The notes below the pieces were generated by a model. The model saw only the letters and a program-made list of their open reading frames with translations. It was not told the origin of the DNA and did not search any database. The position numbers were made by a program, and so were the translations under genes. A DNA stretch of 64,000 nt. Source: Octopus vulgaris. Lineage: Eukaryota. This document shows positions 39,101 to 52,815 of this stretch, piece by piece. Positions within the stretch are counted from its first letter, which is position 1. The number at the start of each line of letters is the position of its first letter. The stretch lies in contig OX597827.1 of NCBI GenBank assembly GCA_951406725.2, positions 69,006,001 to 69,070,000 on the forward strand, given 5' to 3'.

Positions 39101-40322
39101 TCAGGCTGAGTAAAAAGCAAGCAACATTTTGAAACATGAAATTCATCACTATATATTTCAACAATGCAGAAATTTTATTCATCAAATTAAGTACCATTAC
39201 AATCAACAAATTTTTGCCAACAGCTTACAAGTTTGTTTATTCCAGTATCATAAAGTTCTGGAGCTCATGAACTCTTAACGCACTTTCAGCATCGGTTTGA
39301 GTTTTGAGGTGGTAGTCGGTAGGAGAAAGGGCTGGGGATTAAGCTGGAAGGGGAAGAACTTTGTAGCCAAGTTCCCTCAACTTCTGGAGCGTCATTAATG
39401 AAACGTGTGGTCGAGCATTGTCATGAAGAATGATTGGCCCTCTCCTGTTGACCAGCAGTTTTGTATTCATTTTTGGCAATTTCATGGCAATATGTTTCTG
39501 CAGTAATGGTTTCTCCAGGTTTTAAGAAGTTATAGTGGATTAGTTCAGCAGTACACCACCAAACAATCACCATAACCTTTTTGAAGAGCTCAGGTTTAGG
39601 GAAGGTTTTCAGAGTTTCGTTTTGGCCCAACCACTGCAAAGAGCATTTTTTTTTTTTATTGTACAGAATCCACTTTTCATCGCAAGTTACAATACAATCA
39701 AGAAATGGATCAGTCTGGTTACAGGGAAGAAGTGACAAGCAAATTTCATATCTGCGCATTTTCTGATTTTCATTCAAATCATGTGGTATCCATTTGCCGA
39801 GCTATTTTGACTTTCCAGTCACATGCAAATGGTTGCGGGCAAGTTTCTGGCTAACTTGAAGTTCTTTTGCCAGTTCTCGAGTGGTTTTACGTGGATCTTT
39901 CTCAATGACAGTCCTTAATTGACCATCATTGATGACAGATGCGCATCCACTATGCTCAGAATTTTCAAGACTCAGGTCTCCACTGCAAAATCATTTAAAC
40001 CATTTTCAAGCTGACCACTCACTGGTCATTTCCTCACCAAATGTTTCGTTGATATTGCAAGCAGCTTCAGCTGTTTTACATCCGTTTTTTGAAGTTGAAT
40101 AACAAAATTGCTCGAATATCGCGCTTTGACAGTTCCATTTCAGATGATTGTAACAACGGTGAATAAAATATCAATGTTAATTTATTGATGCATTTGGGAA
40201 AGTCTATGTCTGTATTATCAGACAACTGCAAAAAAAAATGTTTAAAAAAATTCAAAACTCTGCAAAAATCTGGTACAAATTCTTCATGGTGGAAAATGTT
40301 GCTTACTTTTTACTCAATCTGA
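39101..40322 (-). mobile_element. Near-complete decayed mariner (DD34D) transposon
   Basis: 30-bp TIRs (TCAGGCTGAGTAAAAAGCAAGCAACATTTT vs TCAGATTGAGTAAAAAGTAAGCAACATTTT) with TA TSDs. Transposase motifs are IVTCDEKWILY, KKVMVIVWW, PGETITAETYC, HDNARPH and LSPTDY, broken by frameshifts. Confidence 0.93.
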
Positions 40323-40744
40323 TATACATGTCTTCCAATACAGCCTCAGGCCAACCAAAGCCTTGTGAGTGGATTCGGTATACAGAAACTGGAAGCTCAT
40401 CATGTGTGTGTATGCGTGCGTGTGTGTGTGTATGCATGCGTGCCACCCCAACCCATCAGTTGACAACCAATGTTGGTGTATCTAGGTCCCCCATAACTTA
40501 GCAGTTCAGCAAAACTGACCAATTAAGTACTAGGCTTTAAAAAATAAGTCTTGGGATCGATTTGTTTGACTAAACCCCTTTAAGGCAGTGCTCCAGTAAG
40601 GCCACAGTCAAATGACTAACATAAAAAAAGAATAGCATGGACATTACAATAATAATGATATACATATCTCACACACACACACACATGAGAGGCCTCTTTC
40701 AGTTTCTATCTACCAAAGCCTTATGAATGGATTTGTTAGACAGA

Positions 40745-41282
40745 GGAGTTTCAGATAATTCCCACAAGTCAACTGTTTCCTCATAACTTTCAGAAAAATT
40801 TATATTTCCTTAATGAAATTTTCTACAAATACCTTTCAGATGGTGTAGATTACAATTATATTGGAATTTAATGTAAAGAAAGGAAAAACAAAAAAATTTA
40901 GTGGATACACATACACACTAATAAGGTCTGTTTCGAGTTTCATTTTTATAGATATACGAGCAAAACACCAACTATCCAATGAACAGTGCTGATTTGTCAA
41001 ACATTTAAACCAAATTTTCTCACTGCACATGCATTTTTCTCGCATACACATAGTATCGATCGCAACAGCTGATGTACTTGCATGTACAAATGCACGTTCC
41101 CATGGCTTTATCGATCACATTCTCACCTGGAATCAATTTTTGTAATCTTTTCAAGACTTATACACGCCCTGATACCGTTGGTATCTACATATCAAATTTG
41201 AGCACAATCAGATGGAGGATGCCCGACATACCAGAAGACACACACACACAGACAGACGACAGAACGGATTTTATATAATAGA
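40745..41282 (-). mobile_element. Non-autonomous Helitron 5' portion
   Basis: Minus strand begins A|TCTATTATATAAAATCCGTTCTGTCGTCTGTCTGTG, a typical Helitron 5' end. No 3' CTAG was located, so the left boundary is approximate. Confidence 0.5.
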
Positions 41283-41599
41283 TGTGATGTGTGTCAGTAT
41301 GGATATGAGAGTGACCACCAACTTCAGGACTGGGAAGGCGGGGAGACACTTATGTAGATATGCAGAATTTGAAAAGCTATTGCCCTATTTGGTTTGTTTA
41401 TTATTTTTTTCCTTTTACTTGTTTCAGTCATTTGACTGCGGCCATGCTGGAGCACCACCTTTAATCAAACAAATCGACCCGAGGACTTATTCTCTGTAAG
41501 CCTAGTACTTATTCTATCGGTTTCTTTTGCTGAACTGCAAAACACACCAACACCGGTTGTTAAGCGACAGTGGGGGGACAAACGCAGACACACAAATAC

Positions 41600-41645
<46 letters not shown>

Positions 41646-43067
41646 GATGATGATGATATATATAAATACATACATACATACATACAACAGGCTTCTTTCG
41701 GTTTTCATTGACCAAATCCACTCATATGGCGTTGGTCGGCCCAAGGATATATCAGAGAAGACATCTGCCCAAGAAGCCATGCAGTGGGACTGAACCTGGA
41801 ACCATGTGGTTGGTAAGCAAGCTTCTTACCACACAGCCACTTCCTATACCTACAGGCGTGGCTGTGCTTTTATAAAAGCTCAAAGAAACTTTTGGAAGGA
41901 AAACAGAAGCAAAGAGAAAAGAGGGTTGGCAATTTATTCAACACATCTACTTGGATATTAAGAAAAATATGGTGTCAATATTTATTTTCAATTTTAGTTT
42001 GTGATCGTAATTCAAGAGAATGCAATTCTATCATAGATTGTGTGGTTAAGAAACTGGTTTCTCAAAGGTGAGTCTTCGGTTCAGTTCAGTTCCACAAGGT
42101 GGCATCTGGACAAGCGTCCAAGCTACAATAGCCCCAAGCTGACCAAAGCCTTCTGTCTGAGTAAATTTAATAGGTGGAAACTCAAAGAAGCCCATCATAT
42201 ACATGGGTGTGTCTTTGTGTTATGTTTGTCCCCCATCACAGCTTGACAAGCTGGTGTTGGTTTGTTTAGGGTCCCTGTAACTTGGCAGTTTGACAAAACG
42301 AGATTGATAGAATAAGTACCACGCTTTAAAAACAAAAAGTACCGGGGTAGATTTGTTCAACTAAATCGTTGAAGACAGTGCTCCAACATGGCCACAGGCC
42401 AATGACTGAAACATGTACAAGACAAAAAGGAAAGAAAGCTATAGAATGATACAAATTTGAAATCACACAGGGAGTTCATTATGACCAGGTACTTTTTTAA
42501 CCAATTCTAGTAACAACAGAAAGAGAAGTTATCATATCTCCCTTCATCATCATCATCATCGTTTAACGTCCGTTTTCCATGCTAGCATGGGTTGGACGGT
42601 TCAACTGGGGTCTGGGAAGCCAGAAGGCTGCGCCAGGCCCAGTCTGATCTGGCAGTGCTTCTACAGCTGGATGCCCTTCCTAACGCCAACCACTCCGAGA
42701 GTGTAGTGGGTGCTTTTTATGTGCCACCTGCACAGGTGCCAGAGGAGGGTGGCAAAACGGCCACGATCGGGTGGTGCTTTTTTACGTGCCACCGGCACGG
42801 GGGCCAGACGAGGCTGGCAACTGGTTCATTTAAATAATAGTTGAAGCAGTTATTTGTTTAACACTCAAATACCGTCCTCAACACTAACAACACAGCTACG
42901 GGTTGTTCAATAATACAAAGTAAAGATAAGCTAACACTGTTCTAACTGTTAAACACAGGGTCATCAATTACGAGGCTACAGACCAGTAAGTACCAGGTCA
43001 TGGATCGTTTGTCACCAGACTGCACAGAAGTAATAGATTTCGAAATTATATTTTCTATTTAATTGAC

Positions 43068-43462
43068 TAGGCGCAGGAGTGCCTGTGTAGTAAGTAGCTT
43101 GCTAACCAACCACATGGTTCCGGGTTCAGTCCCACTGCGTGGCATCTTGGGCAAGTGTCTTCTGCTATAGCCCTGGGCCGACCAATGCCTTGTGAGTGAA
43201 TTTGGTAGACAGAAACTGAAAGAAGCCTGTCGTATATATATATGTGTGTGTGTGTGTGTGTTTGTGTGTCTGTGTTTGTCCCCCTAGCATTGCTTGACAA
43301 CCGATGCTGGTGTGTTTATGTCCCCGTCACTTAGCGGTTCGGCAAAACAGACTGATAGAATAAGTACTGGGCTTACAAAGAATAAGTCCCGGGGTCGATT
43401 TGCTCGACTAAAGGCGGTGCTCCAGCATGGCCGCAGTCAAATGACTGAAACAAGTAAAAGAG
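43068..43462 (+). mobile_element. Full-length SINE family A (reference copy; about 20 further copies or fragments across the window)
   Basis: tRNA-like head GGAGTGCCTGTGTAGTAAG...GGTTCCGGGTTCAGTCCC, CTTGGGCAAG, internal (TA)(TG)n, and GACTGAAACAAGTAAAAGAG tail. Confidence 0.9.
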
Positions 43463-44245
43463 TATCACAATCTGTGTTTCTGCATTATGTGTGTGTTATA
43501 TTCTATTACTTGTTTCAGTCATTTGACTGCGACCATGCTGGAGTACGTAATAATTAAATCATATATTATGCACTTTGTGTTTTGTTGTGCATCTGATGCC
43601 ATGGTCTGCAGAAAAATTGTCTTGGATGAAACCAGTATGCAGTCATAAGCTCGGGAACAAGGGATGCAAGTGCAACCCTAAAAATTGGGGCAGGGGACAA
43701 GGAAAATACTTTGAACAACTTTCCTGAAAAACTTCACTGAAACAAAGGAGTTTAGATAAAATTTTTAGTCTGATCTGAAACATTACTTTTCCATCATTGA
43801 ATTTATCAGGTCTGATTGATGCACCAGTATAAGAATAATTATCATATTGCTTCCCAACGACACGGTTCCAGGTTCGGTCCCACTGCGTGGCACCTCAGCA
43901 AGTGTCTTCTACTCTAGCTTCAAGTTGACCAAAGCCTTGTGAGTAGATTTGGTAGACAGAAACTGAAAGAAGCCTACCGTGCATGTGCGTGCGTGTGTGT
44001 GTGTGAGTATGTGTGTGTGTGTATGTGACCACTGTTTGGCTAGCAGTGCTGATGTGTTTACATCCCCGTAACTTAGTGGTTCACCAAAAGAGAATAGGTA
44101 CCAGGCTTTAAAAAAAAATAAAGGGAGACTGGAATCAATACATCTGACTAAAAAATTCTTTGGCCCCAACATGGCAGCAGCCCAATGACTGAAACAAGTA
44201 AAAGATACAAGATAAAAAGATAACTGTGTTTTGTTTTGATATTAA

Positions 44246-44466
44246 CCCTTTCATTACCGTATTTATTTTGAGATGCTCTGCGTCTCTTTCAGTTACTATA
44301 AATATAACAAAGAATTTAGTAAAATAACTTAGTTATCATTAAGCTAGTGTTAGGGACATAAATTGTGACTAAGGGTTGGTGAAGGATTTTAATTCAAAAC
44401 TCATCAAAACAAAACATTTGTACAATAGAGCCAGGGTCGGTTTCAGCCAGATTAGTAATGAAAGGG
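44246..44466. mobile_element. piggyBac-type MITE family 1
   Basis: TTAA|CCCTTTCATTAC ... GTAATGAAAGGG|TTAA. Confidence 0.85.
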
Positions 44467-45293
44467 TTAAGATGGGGGGGGAGAGAAAAATCGACCTCAT
44501 TTGTGAAAAATTTTGGACCTGGGTTTGCACCCATTAAGCAAATTTCATTCTAGCACTTACGTCCGTGGTGCATAAAAGGTCAGAGACTGCTGGTCTAAGG
44601 GTAATAGCACTCTGAGTCATACTCCACCACTCAGCTGAGGAACGCAATCAAATATTTTGTAGCTTTGATTGATAAAGGTTGTTTGATGTGGATAAACAAA
44701 AGCATACAGCCTTTCGAGGGAGGGAGTCCTTCCTGTCGCATGAAAATCAGGTGAGCTTATTTGAAAGACGAAGACGAAAAGGTTTGTAGTGAATTGCTGA
44801 AGATGGGGGATGGTTTCGGGGTAAACTGCATCATTACATCATTATATAAGGGAGGGACTGAAAACAGGAGGAATGATGTAAGATAGAAAAAAAAAGAAAG
44901 AAAAAACAGAAGGAAAAAAAAAAGGGAGTTTCCTGAGTGAAAGATGAGACAGACAGCCTTAAAGAGGGAGGGTGGGGATGACATAAAAGATTTGGGTTTA
45001 AAAAAAAAACCTAAGAAAGAGAAAGGTGAGTGAGACAGATGAAAGATTTAAAAATAGACAAATATAAGTAGACAGACAGACACACAAAAAGAAGAGAAAA
45101 TACAAAAAAGCATAGAACCCATAAGTATATATATATATATATGTATGTATGTTTTAGTTATTAGGCAGCTACCATGCTGGGGCACTGCCATGAAATGTTT
45201 AGTCATATAAATCAAGCCCAATGCTTATTTTTCTAGAGCCTGATACGTACTCTATCGATCTTCTTTGCCGAACCAGCAAGTTAAAGGGGGCGG

Positions 45294-45559
45294 TATATAT
45301 ATACACACACATATATACACACATACATATATATATATATACACACATACATATATATATATACACACACACATATATATATATACACACATATATACAC
45401 ACACACATACATATATATACACACATATATACACACACATACACATATATACACACATATACACATATATACACACACATATACACACACATATACACAT
45501 ATATACACACACATACACATATATACACACATATACACATATATACACACACATATATA

Positions 45560-45592
<33 letters not shown>

Positions 45593-45625
45593 TCATACAT
45601 ATACATACATACATACATACAGATG
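45294..45625. repeat. (TA/CA)n compound microsatellite
   Basis: Visible dinucleotide run. Confidence 0.9.
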
Positions 45626-46864
45626 CACGCACGCAAAGAGAGTGAAAGCACACATGCAAACATTCAAATCGTTAACCCAAGTTAACCCTGACTGAATAGA
45701 AGGCATTCCAGCCGTGACCACCCGCTTCACTGTATGTGCTTAAGTATTATGTAAGGGACTACACCATCCCCTTTTAAAGAACAAAAAAAAGGGTGTGATT
45801 TGAGAGGTGGGGACGGAGATTTTTTTGACTAGTGTTTCTACCAGTTCGAGCGACCAACGAGAAGTTCCTCCCAGTGGCCCAGTGTAAAGAAAGAACACAG
45901 GTCACACATGTCTATTGCTGTACAATGGCCTTCTTTATTTGAAACCCTTAAGTCACGGCGGATGTGCTTGGGCGTTATGTATGTATGCTGTCGTCGTAAC
46001 GCGAACAACAACTGGAAAATACTGTGTGTGTGTGTGTGTGTGGATTTTTTCGAGTGCTATGCGGCGAGGATCTAATCACGTCAGCGGCATGAGCTGCTAA
46101 ACTGGGGTCACGAAGTACGGTGCATGTGCGTGTGTGTGCAGTGTGTGCGACAAGCGAACAGCCCTTCAGGCAGAACATTATTTAACAATAGCAGCAGCAG
46201 CAGCAAGCCTTCGAAACGTAACAATAAAAACTACTAAGTCACACAAACTACTATTCGAACATCAGAGCGTGGATTAAAGGATCAGAAAGGGTTGGAGGGT
46301 TGGTTGGATCGATGTTGATGGGGGAGAGGTGACTGCGGAAGGGAAAGGGAGGTGGAGGGTAATTAGGGCGATGATGTCAGCAGCAGTGATGATGGCTGTT
46401 AATGAAGGGAACGATGATGATGATGATTACGATGGTGACGTTGATTATGATGATTCTAGCGATGACGGTAATAGTGATAATGACTGATGATGATGATGAT
46501 GATGATTATGGTGATGATAGCGATGGTGGTGGTGGTGGTACAGAAGTAGCGAATTGTGTAAGTTCTTTTCTACTGTAGAACAATGGATCGATTCCCTACT
46601 ACATACACATTACGCAAAATAAAAATGAAAGGAACGGGAAAGAAAAAAGGGCAGGCTATCCCCATTTCTTTTCCGTACACACGAACACGTTCATCAAATA
46701 AAGTATTACAAATATATATATACGCGTGTGTGTGTGTGTATGCATGTATATATATATATATATGTAATTCCTGCTACATGTATGTGTATTTTATGTCTAT
46801 GATTCCACTGTATTTTTAATACTTTATATATAAAAGTGTGCGTGCGTAAATACAGACATACACA

Positions 46865-46912
<48 letters not shown>

Positions 46913-47062
46913 TGTTGAGTGCATATGTGACTTTCATCAGTTACAATATAGTGAATCAGTAGTAATATTTCAAGACAATAGAATATACATACACACACAC
47001 ACACACACATATGTATATATAGAGAGAGAAAGAGAGAGATTTCAGACAGATATATTATATAT

Positions 47063-47120
<58 letters not shown>

Positions 47121-47485
47121 ACATGGAGTAAAAGAGTTGCCGTGTAAAGGAGAGCGGGTGTGTATGTGTGCGTGTGTATGTATGTATGTCTGTCTGTGAG
47201 TGTGTGTGTGTGTGTGAGACCGAGTACGCGCGCGCGCGCGTACATGTGAATCCGTTAAATGTTTGCGGGTTTTGTGTTTTTGACTTCACTGAAAGAATAC
47301 ACAAACAAAACAAATCAAAAAAACACACCCATCAACAGTAGAACAACAACAACGACAACAACAACGACAACAACAACAAAAAAAAACAAAAACAAAAGCA
47401 ACAACAGTAATAATTATTATAATTAATATAAAATAATATAATATACACAAAGTATATATATATATAGAGAGAGAGAGGAACCGAC

Positions 47486-47539
47486 CTTTCTTCTAAGAAT
47501 CGTCGAAGCCGCTTTCGTATTCGCTTTTTCCGTCGTCAT
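47486..47539 (-). CDS. Putative first coding exon (MTTEKANTKAASTILRRK, phase-0 intron follows); protein unidentified
   Basis: GCCAAAG ATG context with A at -3, then 18 non-repetitive codons and the donor AAG|GTCGGT, inside the CpG-rich zone. Confidence 0.5.
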
Positions 47540-48293
47540 CTTTGGCAAATAATTTTTTCGGGTTTTTTTTTTTTTTTTCTCTCTATTTTTGTTTTGTTTT
47601 GGGATGTTGTTGGTTTTTTTTGGGTTTTTTTTTTTTTTTGGGTTTTTTTTAAATCCGTAATGTGGAGAAGACAAGTGTAAGTAAGTAAGTAACAAGGCAA
47701 AGCCGTAGCGTGGGGACAACGAGGACGATGGCAAGCGAGGCTTTTGAGATGCAGAGAGATAGCTAATGAGCGCCAGGAATACACACACACAGACACACAC
47801 ACACACACGATGGGGGCTGGGAATTTAAACTTACTTCATATACAACAACAGCACATCACACACACACACACACTCTATCATCTGTCTGCCTCTTTCTCTC
47901 TCTCGTAGTCATCAGACTTAATAGAATATGTACACACACATGTGTGTGTATGATATATATATATAGAGAGAGAGAGATATATGTATAATGTGCTGTGTTT
48001 TTGAGCTTGTGCACTTATGTATGAAGTTGTGTTTATCAACTGCCTATATATCGGCGGTTTATTTGAGGCCTTGTGTGTGTGTGTGTGTATGTCTGTGTGT
48101 ATGTGTGTGTGTGTGTGTGTGTGTATGTGTGTGTGCACGAAAATATATATAAGTAGTGAAAGATATATATAATATATAAAGAAGCAAAGTATTTGAGCGT
48201 GCGATCGTATGCGTCTTTGAACGTTAATAAGACTTGGAAAAGCCTTATGTGCGTGTGTTGAAGAGAGAGAGAGAGAGACAGACAGAGACAGAG

Positions 48294-48560
48294 AGATAGT
48301 TGGAAGAAGTGTTTAGAGAACGTATGTGTATGTGGAGAGAGCAGAGAGAGAGAGAGAAACAAGGATATAGATACAGAGAGAGAGAGAGAGAGAGACAGAG
48401 AGATAGTTGGAAGAAGTGTTTAGAGAACGTATGTGTGTGTGGAGCGAGAGAGAGAGAGAGAGAAACAAAGAGATAGATACAGAGCGGGATAGAGAGAGAG
48501 AGATAGTTGGAAGAAGTGTTAGAGATCGTGTGTAGAGAGAGAAACAAGGAGATAGATAGA
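48294..48560. repeat. Three ~100-107-bp tandem units (AGATAGTTGGAAGAAGTGTT core) with (GA)n spacers
   Basis: The core recurs at 48294, 48401 and 48501. Confidence 0.8.
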
Positions 48561-48700
48561 GGGCGGGATAAAGAGAGAGAGAGAGCGTGTGTATGTGTGT
48601 GTGTGTGTGTGTGTGCGTGAGAGACGAAAATACTGTTGTGTATGTGATGAAAACACTGAATGAGTGTGTGAGTGAGTGAGTGAGTGATAAGTTAAGTGAC

Positions 48701-48732
<32 letters not shown>

Positions 48733-49609
48733 GCAAGTTCCACTTCTGTTGTATTCCAATATGCGAAGCTTGGTTTGTCAAAAAGTCCTCGATGAATGAT
48801 GGAAAGCACACAGAGGGGGAGGGAGATAAAGATGTGAGCATATATAATATATAAATATATATGTGTGTGTGTGGAGACACAGAAAGTCCCTCAACTATAG
48901 ATATATTAGCACAGTACTATATTAGTTTTGTTTCGGGCTTGTTTGATTTTTTCGTTTTACATATACATACATACATACATACATACATACATACATACAT
49001 ACATACATACATACATACAAATAAGTGTTTTGTTACAAGACTAGAAATGATGACTTTTGGTGAGGATTTTTAATGGTTGAGGGAATGTATGCCAAAGCGC
49101 ATATACACATATATACATATATATATATATTATATATTATATATATACGTATATGTATATAATGGTGGGTGGGGAAAACTATCTGCGTCGTCCTTCCGTT
49201 TTGGAGTTTTCTAGCACGACCCCCACCAACCAAAATGCCTTGAAAACACTAGCAGACTTCTCTCAGCAGCCAAGAGAATTATTATATGGTGTCCCAGCTT
49301 GCAACAGCCATTCTCTTCCTCTTTGCCACCCTCACACACACACAGACACACACACATTCTAATTCACCCTTCTTCTCTTCTCTCCTCTTAATTTACTCTA
49401 ACCGTTATTTATTATTATTTTTTTTTTATATATATATATAGGCGGAAAAGGAGTTTGAAAATGTTTTCGTTTTTTCTGAGTCCTTGTTTTCCCGTCTTTC
49501 CATTTGAATTCTTATTTGTTATTGTGTGTGTGTGTGTGTGCTGTTGTTCCTCTTAATTTTATTGTCATATTTTTAAAACCTTCTCTCCTCCTTTTAATAT
49601 GTTTGTTTT

Positions 49610-50017
49610 GGCGATCTTTCGTCTCTAGTAGACCTTTCCGTCGTTTTTACATATGGGCTTGCGGGAACTTTTGAAGTAATATACATACATATATACACAT
49701 ACACAGAGTAAAAAATTTCAGTTATCTCTTTCTTTCACACATTACTCTGTCTCTTCACACACACTCACAGAAGCACTTCACTTACACAACATACTGCCTG
49801 TCTCCCACACCCCATCAAACACACACACACACACACACACGTACATCAATGCTTCCCATGCACGGTAACTTCAAAAGAATTTCCCTCGTCATACAATCGC
49901 TTTCTCTTAGTCTCTTTCGCTCTCATTACTTCAAAAGTTCCCGCAAGCCCATATGTAAAAAAAAAAAAAATTTTTACGGAAATCGACGGAAAGGTCTACT
50001 AGAGACGAAAGATTGCC
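49610..50017. repeat. ~70-bp near-perfect inverted repeat with ~245-bp spacer (fold-back or MITE-like)
   Basis: 49610-49680 is the reverse complement of 49925-50017, apart from a central A-rich insertion and one mismatch. Confidence 0.85.
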
Positions 50018-50113
50018 CTTGTTTTTGTTTGTATGGTTTTAGAGGGGGGAATTGGGGGTTTTTATTCTCACTTTAACGTGTGCGCACGCGAAGTTATGGA
50101 AAAGATAGAAATA

Positions 50114-50475
50114 CCTATTTCTTTACTGCCCACAAGGGGCGAGCTAAACATAGAGGGGACAAATAAGAACAGACAAAGGGATTAAGTGGATTACATCGAT
50201 CACCAGTGGGGAAACTGGTACTTAATTTATCGACCCCGAATGGATGAAAGGCAAAGTCGACCTCGGCGGAATTTGAACTTACAACGTAACGGCAGACGAA
50301 ATACCGCTAAGCATTTTGTCCAACGCACTAACGATTCTGCCTATTTCTTTACTGCCTACAAGGGGCGAGCTAAACATAGAGGGGACAAATAAGAACAGAC
50401 AAAGGGATTAAGTGGATTACATCGAACAACCAGTGGGGGAAACTGGTACTTTATTTATCGACCCCCGAAAGGATG
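50114..50475 (-). mobile_element. SINE family B, tandemly duplicated
   Basis: CCTATTTCTTTACTGCC...GGGGCGAGCTAAACATAGAGGGGACAAAT occurs at 50114 and 50340. Confidence 0.85.
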
Positions 50476-50517
50476 GAAAGATAGAAATGAGGAGAAAAAG
50501 TAACGAGTTTGTCATAA

Positions 50518-50553
<36 letters not shown>

Positions 50554-51142
50554 AGGAGTTTTAAAAATATAGAAAGTAAAGAAGTGTGTTTGAAAAGAGA
50601 GAATGTTTTTTTTTTTAAATGGTGAAAAAAAGAGAGAAAGTGCAATGATAGATAGAAAGCTAGAATGAGGGCTGATAGAACGAAGAGATAGAATTTATAT
50701 ATATAAAAAAAAAACAATGAGAAGAAAGAAAGAAAGAAAGAAAGAAGGAAAGACGGAGGGGAAAGAGAAAGTAGAAGAGAAGAGGCAAAGAGATTAGAAA
50801 GAAAATATGGTTTCATATTTCTATCATAATCTTTCGCCACAGCCACCACCCTCTCTCTCCACGTTTATCATTCCTCTTTATGTTCTGTATATAACATTGC
50901 CCCAACCCACCCCACCCACCGACCCACCATCCTCCACCCATCCCCCCCATCTCAAATCTTTCCGTCTTTCTCGCCGCCGCCGCACCCCCAGTCCTCCCCC
51001 CCCCATCTCGAGTTTAACCTATCAGTTCACTCATATTTATATCTTCACCTCTACAGTTGATGAAGATACTTTATATCTCTCGTTTTTCTCTTTTATTCCA
51101 GCCACCATCGCTTGCTTCTTTTTCCTCTCCTTCTTCAGCGTA

Positions 51143-51244
<102 letters not shown>

Positions 51245-51366
51245 GGTATGTAGAAAAATACATGGACAAGAACGTATAACTCTTAGAAGACGATACAATA
51301 AACACGGACAGGACATTCGAAACCCTCAGTCTTCAGTCAAGAACCGGATCATCGTAGTAATTTCGG

Positions 51367-51415
<49 letters not shown>

Positions 51416-51416
<1 letters not shown>

Positions 51417-51466
51417 GCTTCCTGATGATTTCATTTGAATGAAACAGTTCTAGTCCTGTAGAAGCT
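51416..51466 (+). ncRNA. Type I hammerhead-ribozyme-like motif
   Basis: GGCTTC-CTGATGA-T.TTCA.TT.TGAA.T-GAA-ACAG.TTCTAGTC.CTGT-A-GAAGCT. The core is intact, stems I and III pair, and the cleavage triplet is GUA. Stem II is closed by a U-U mismatch. Confidence 0.55.
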
Positions 51467-51476
51467 CCTTCTATAA

Positions 51477-51524
<48 letters not shown>

Positions 51525-51846
51525 GGTTTTTCCTTCTGCAGTCGATCCATTCATAATGGTTAAACCATCATTCTATCTAACCAATTGACCCAACCCACCC
51601 ATCCATCCATCCTAGAGTACCAGACACCAAATATCCGGCAAGTTTAGGACCGGAAGTGTCCCGGATTTCTGAATTTTCCGATTTTTCGGATACAGTCTAT
51701 GTAAATAAACATATATATAACTAGGAAAAGAAAAGAACTAAATTTTATTTAACAGATTCAAAATTGATATATTTCTAAGACAAGGCCCATTTGATATATT
51801 TATTAATCTATGTAAAATTCTTAAAATATATCATGCTATATACTAT

Positions 51847-52085
51847 CAGTGTCGGGTTTTAGAACAAATGAGGCCCTGCGCTAGTTAAGTTATGGGGGCC
51901 TTTACTTGGACTGTCAAGCATAGATGCTCAGGAAATTTAGTAGTTTAAAACAAGCCTTGATCAAATTTGCTGGACCAAGAAGTCCTTAGTCAAATTTTGG
52001 GGGCAGGAAGATGGGCCCAACCCCCGGTCAACGGGGCCCTGTGCTTGCTTAAGCACACCTAAGCACAATGGAAAATCGAGCACTG
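51847..52085. mobile_element. hAT-type MITE
   Basis: TIRs CAGTGTCGGGTTTT and AAAATCGAGCACTG, with an 8-bp TSD-like pair TATACTAT / TGTACCAT (6 of 8 match). Confidence 0.65.
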
Positions 52086-52379
52086 TGTACCATGCTTGCA
52101 GTATAATGTTTGCAAAACGAAAATATGCGAACATGATTTTGTTTAACAGATACAGGTACAATTTAATATACTTCTTAAACAGAGTATATTTAATTTTTAT
52201 CGATCCACTTAAGAAAAAAAAAGCAAAGAAAACTATTTTTAACACACCATATGCAAATTAACCAACTTCAAAAACAGAGTCTATTTTCTCAATAAAGGGG
52301 ACCCAGAATGTAACTTTGATGCTGCGGCCCGGGTTGGAACCCGGCCATAATAATAATAAAATAGTACAATAATATTGGT

Positions 52380-52815
52380 CTCGAATTGTGGCACAAGGCC
52401 AGCAATTTCGAGGGAGAGGCTAAGTCGATTACATCGACCCCAGTGTTCAACTGGTAATAATTTTATCGACCCCGAAAAAAATGAAAAGCGAAATCAACCC
52501 CGTCGGAATTTGAACTCAAAATAAAGGACGGACGATATGCCACTAAGTATTTCTGTCGGGCGTGCTAACAATTCTTATTTATTTATTGCCCACAGGGGGC
52601 TAAACATCGGGGGGGGGGGGGCAAACAAGGACAGACAAAGGGATTAAGTCGATTACATCGAACCCAGTGTGTAACTGGTACTTAATTTATCGACCCCGAA
52701 AAGATGCAAAGCAAAGTCGACCTCGGCGGAATTTGAACTCAGAACTTAAAGACAGACGAAATACTGCTAAGCATTTCGCCCGGCGTGCTAACGTTTCTGC
52801 CAGCTCGCTTGCCTT
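52380..52815 (-). mobile_element. Two SINE family B copies
   Basis: ATCGACCCCGAAA...GTCGACCTCGGCGGAATTTGAACTC cores. Confidence 0.85.

Larger units (their letters stand above)
45700..50100. promoter_or_regulatory. CpG-retaining promoter / first-exon region of a minus-strand gene
   Basis: CG dinucleotides are visibly more frequent in unique sequence here than in 1-45 kb, and SINE density is low. The zone surrounds the putative ATG exon. Judged by eye, not computed. Confidence 0.45.

Noticed and set aside
51300-51370. Minus-strand CTGAAGA...CGAAT and GAAA motifs as a separate hammerhead
   Set aside because: It has GAAU instead of GAAA and the stems cannot be paired cleanly. It is kept only as a remnant within the 51.4-kb finding.
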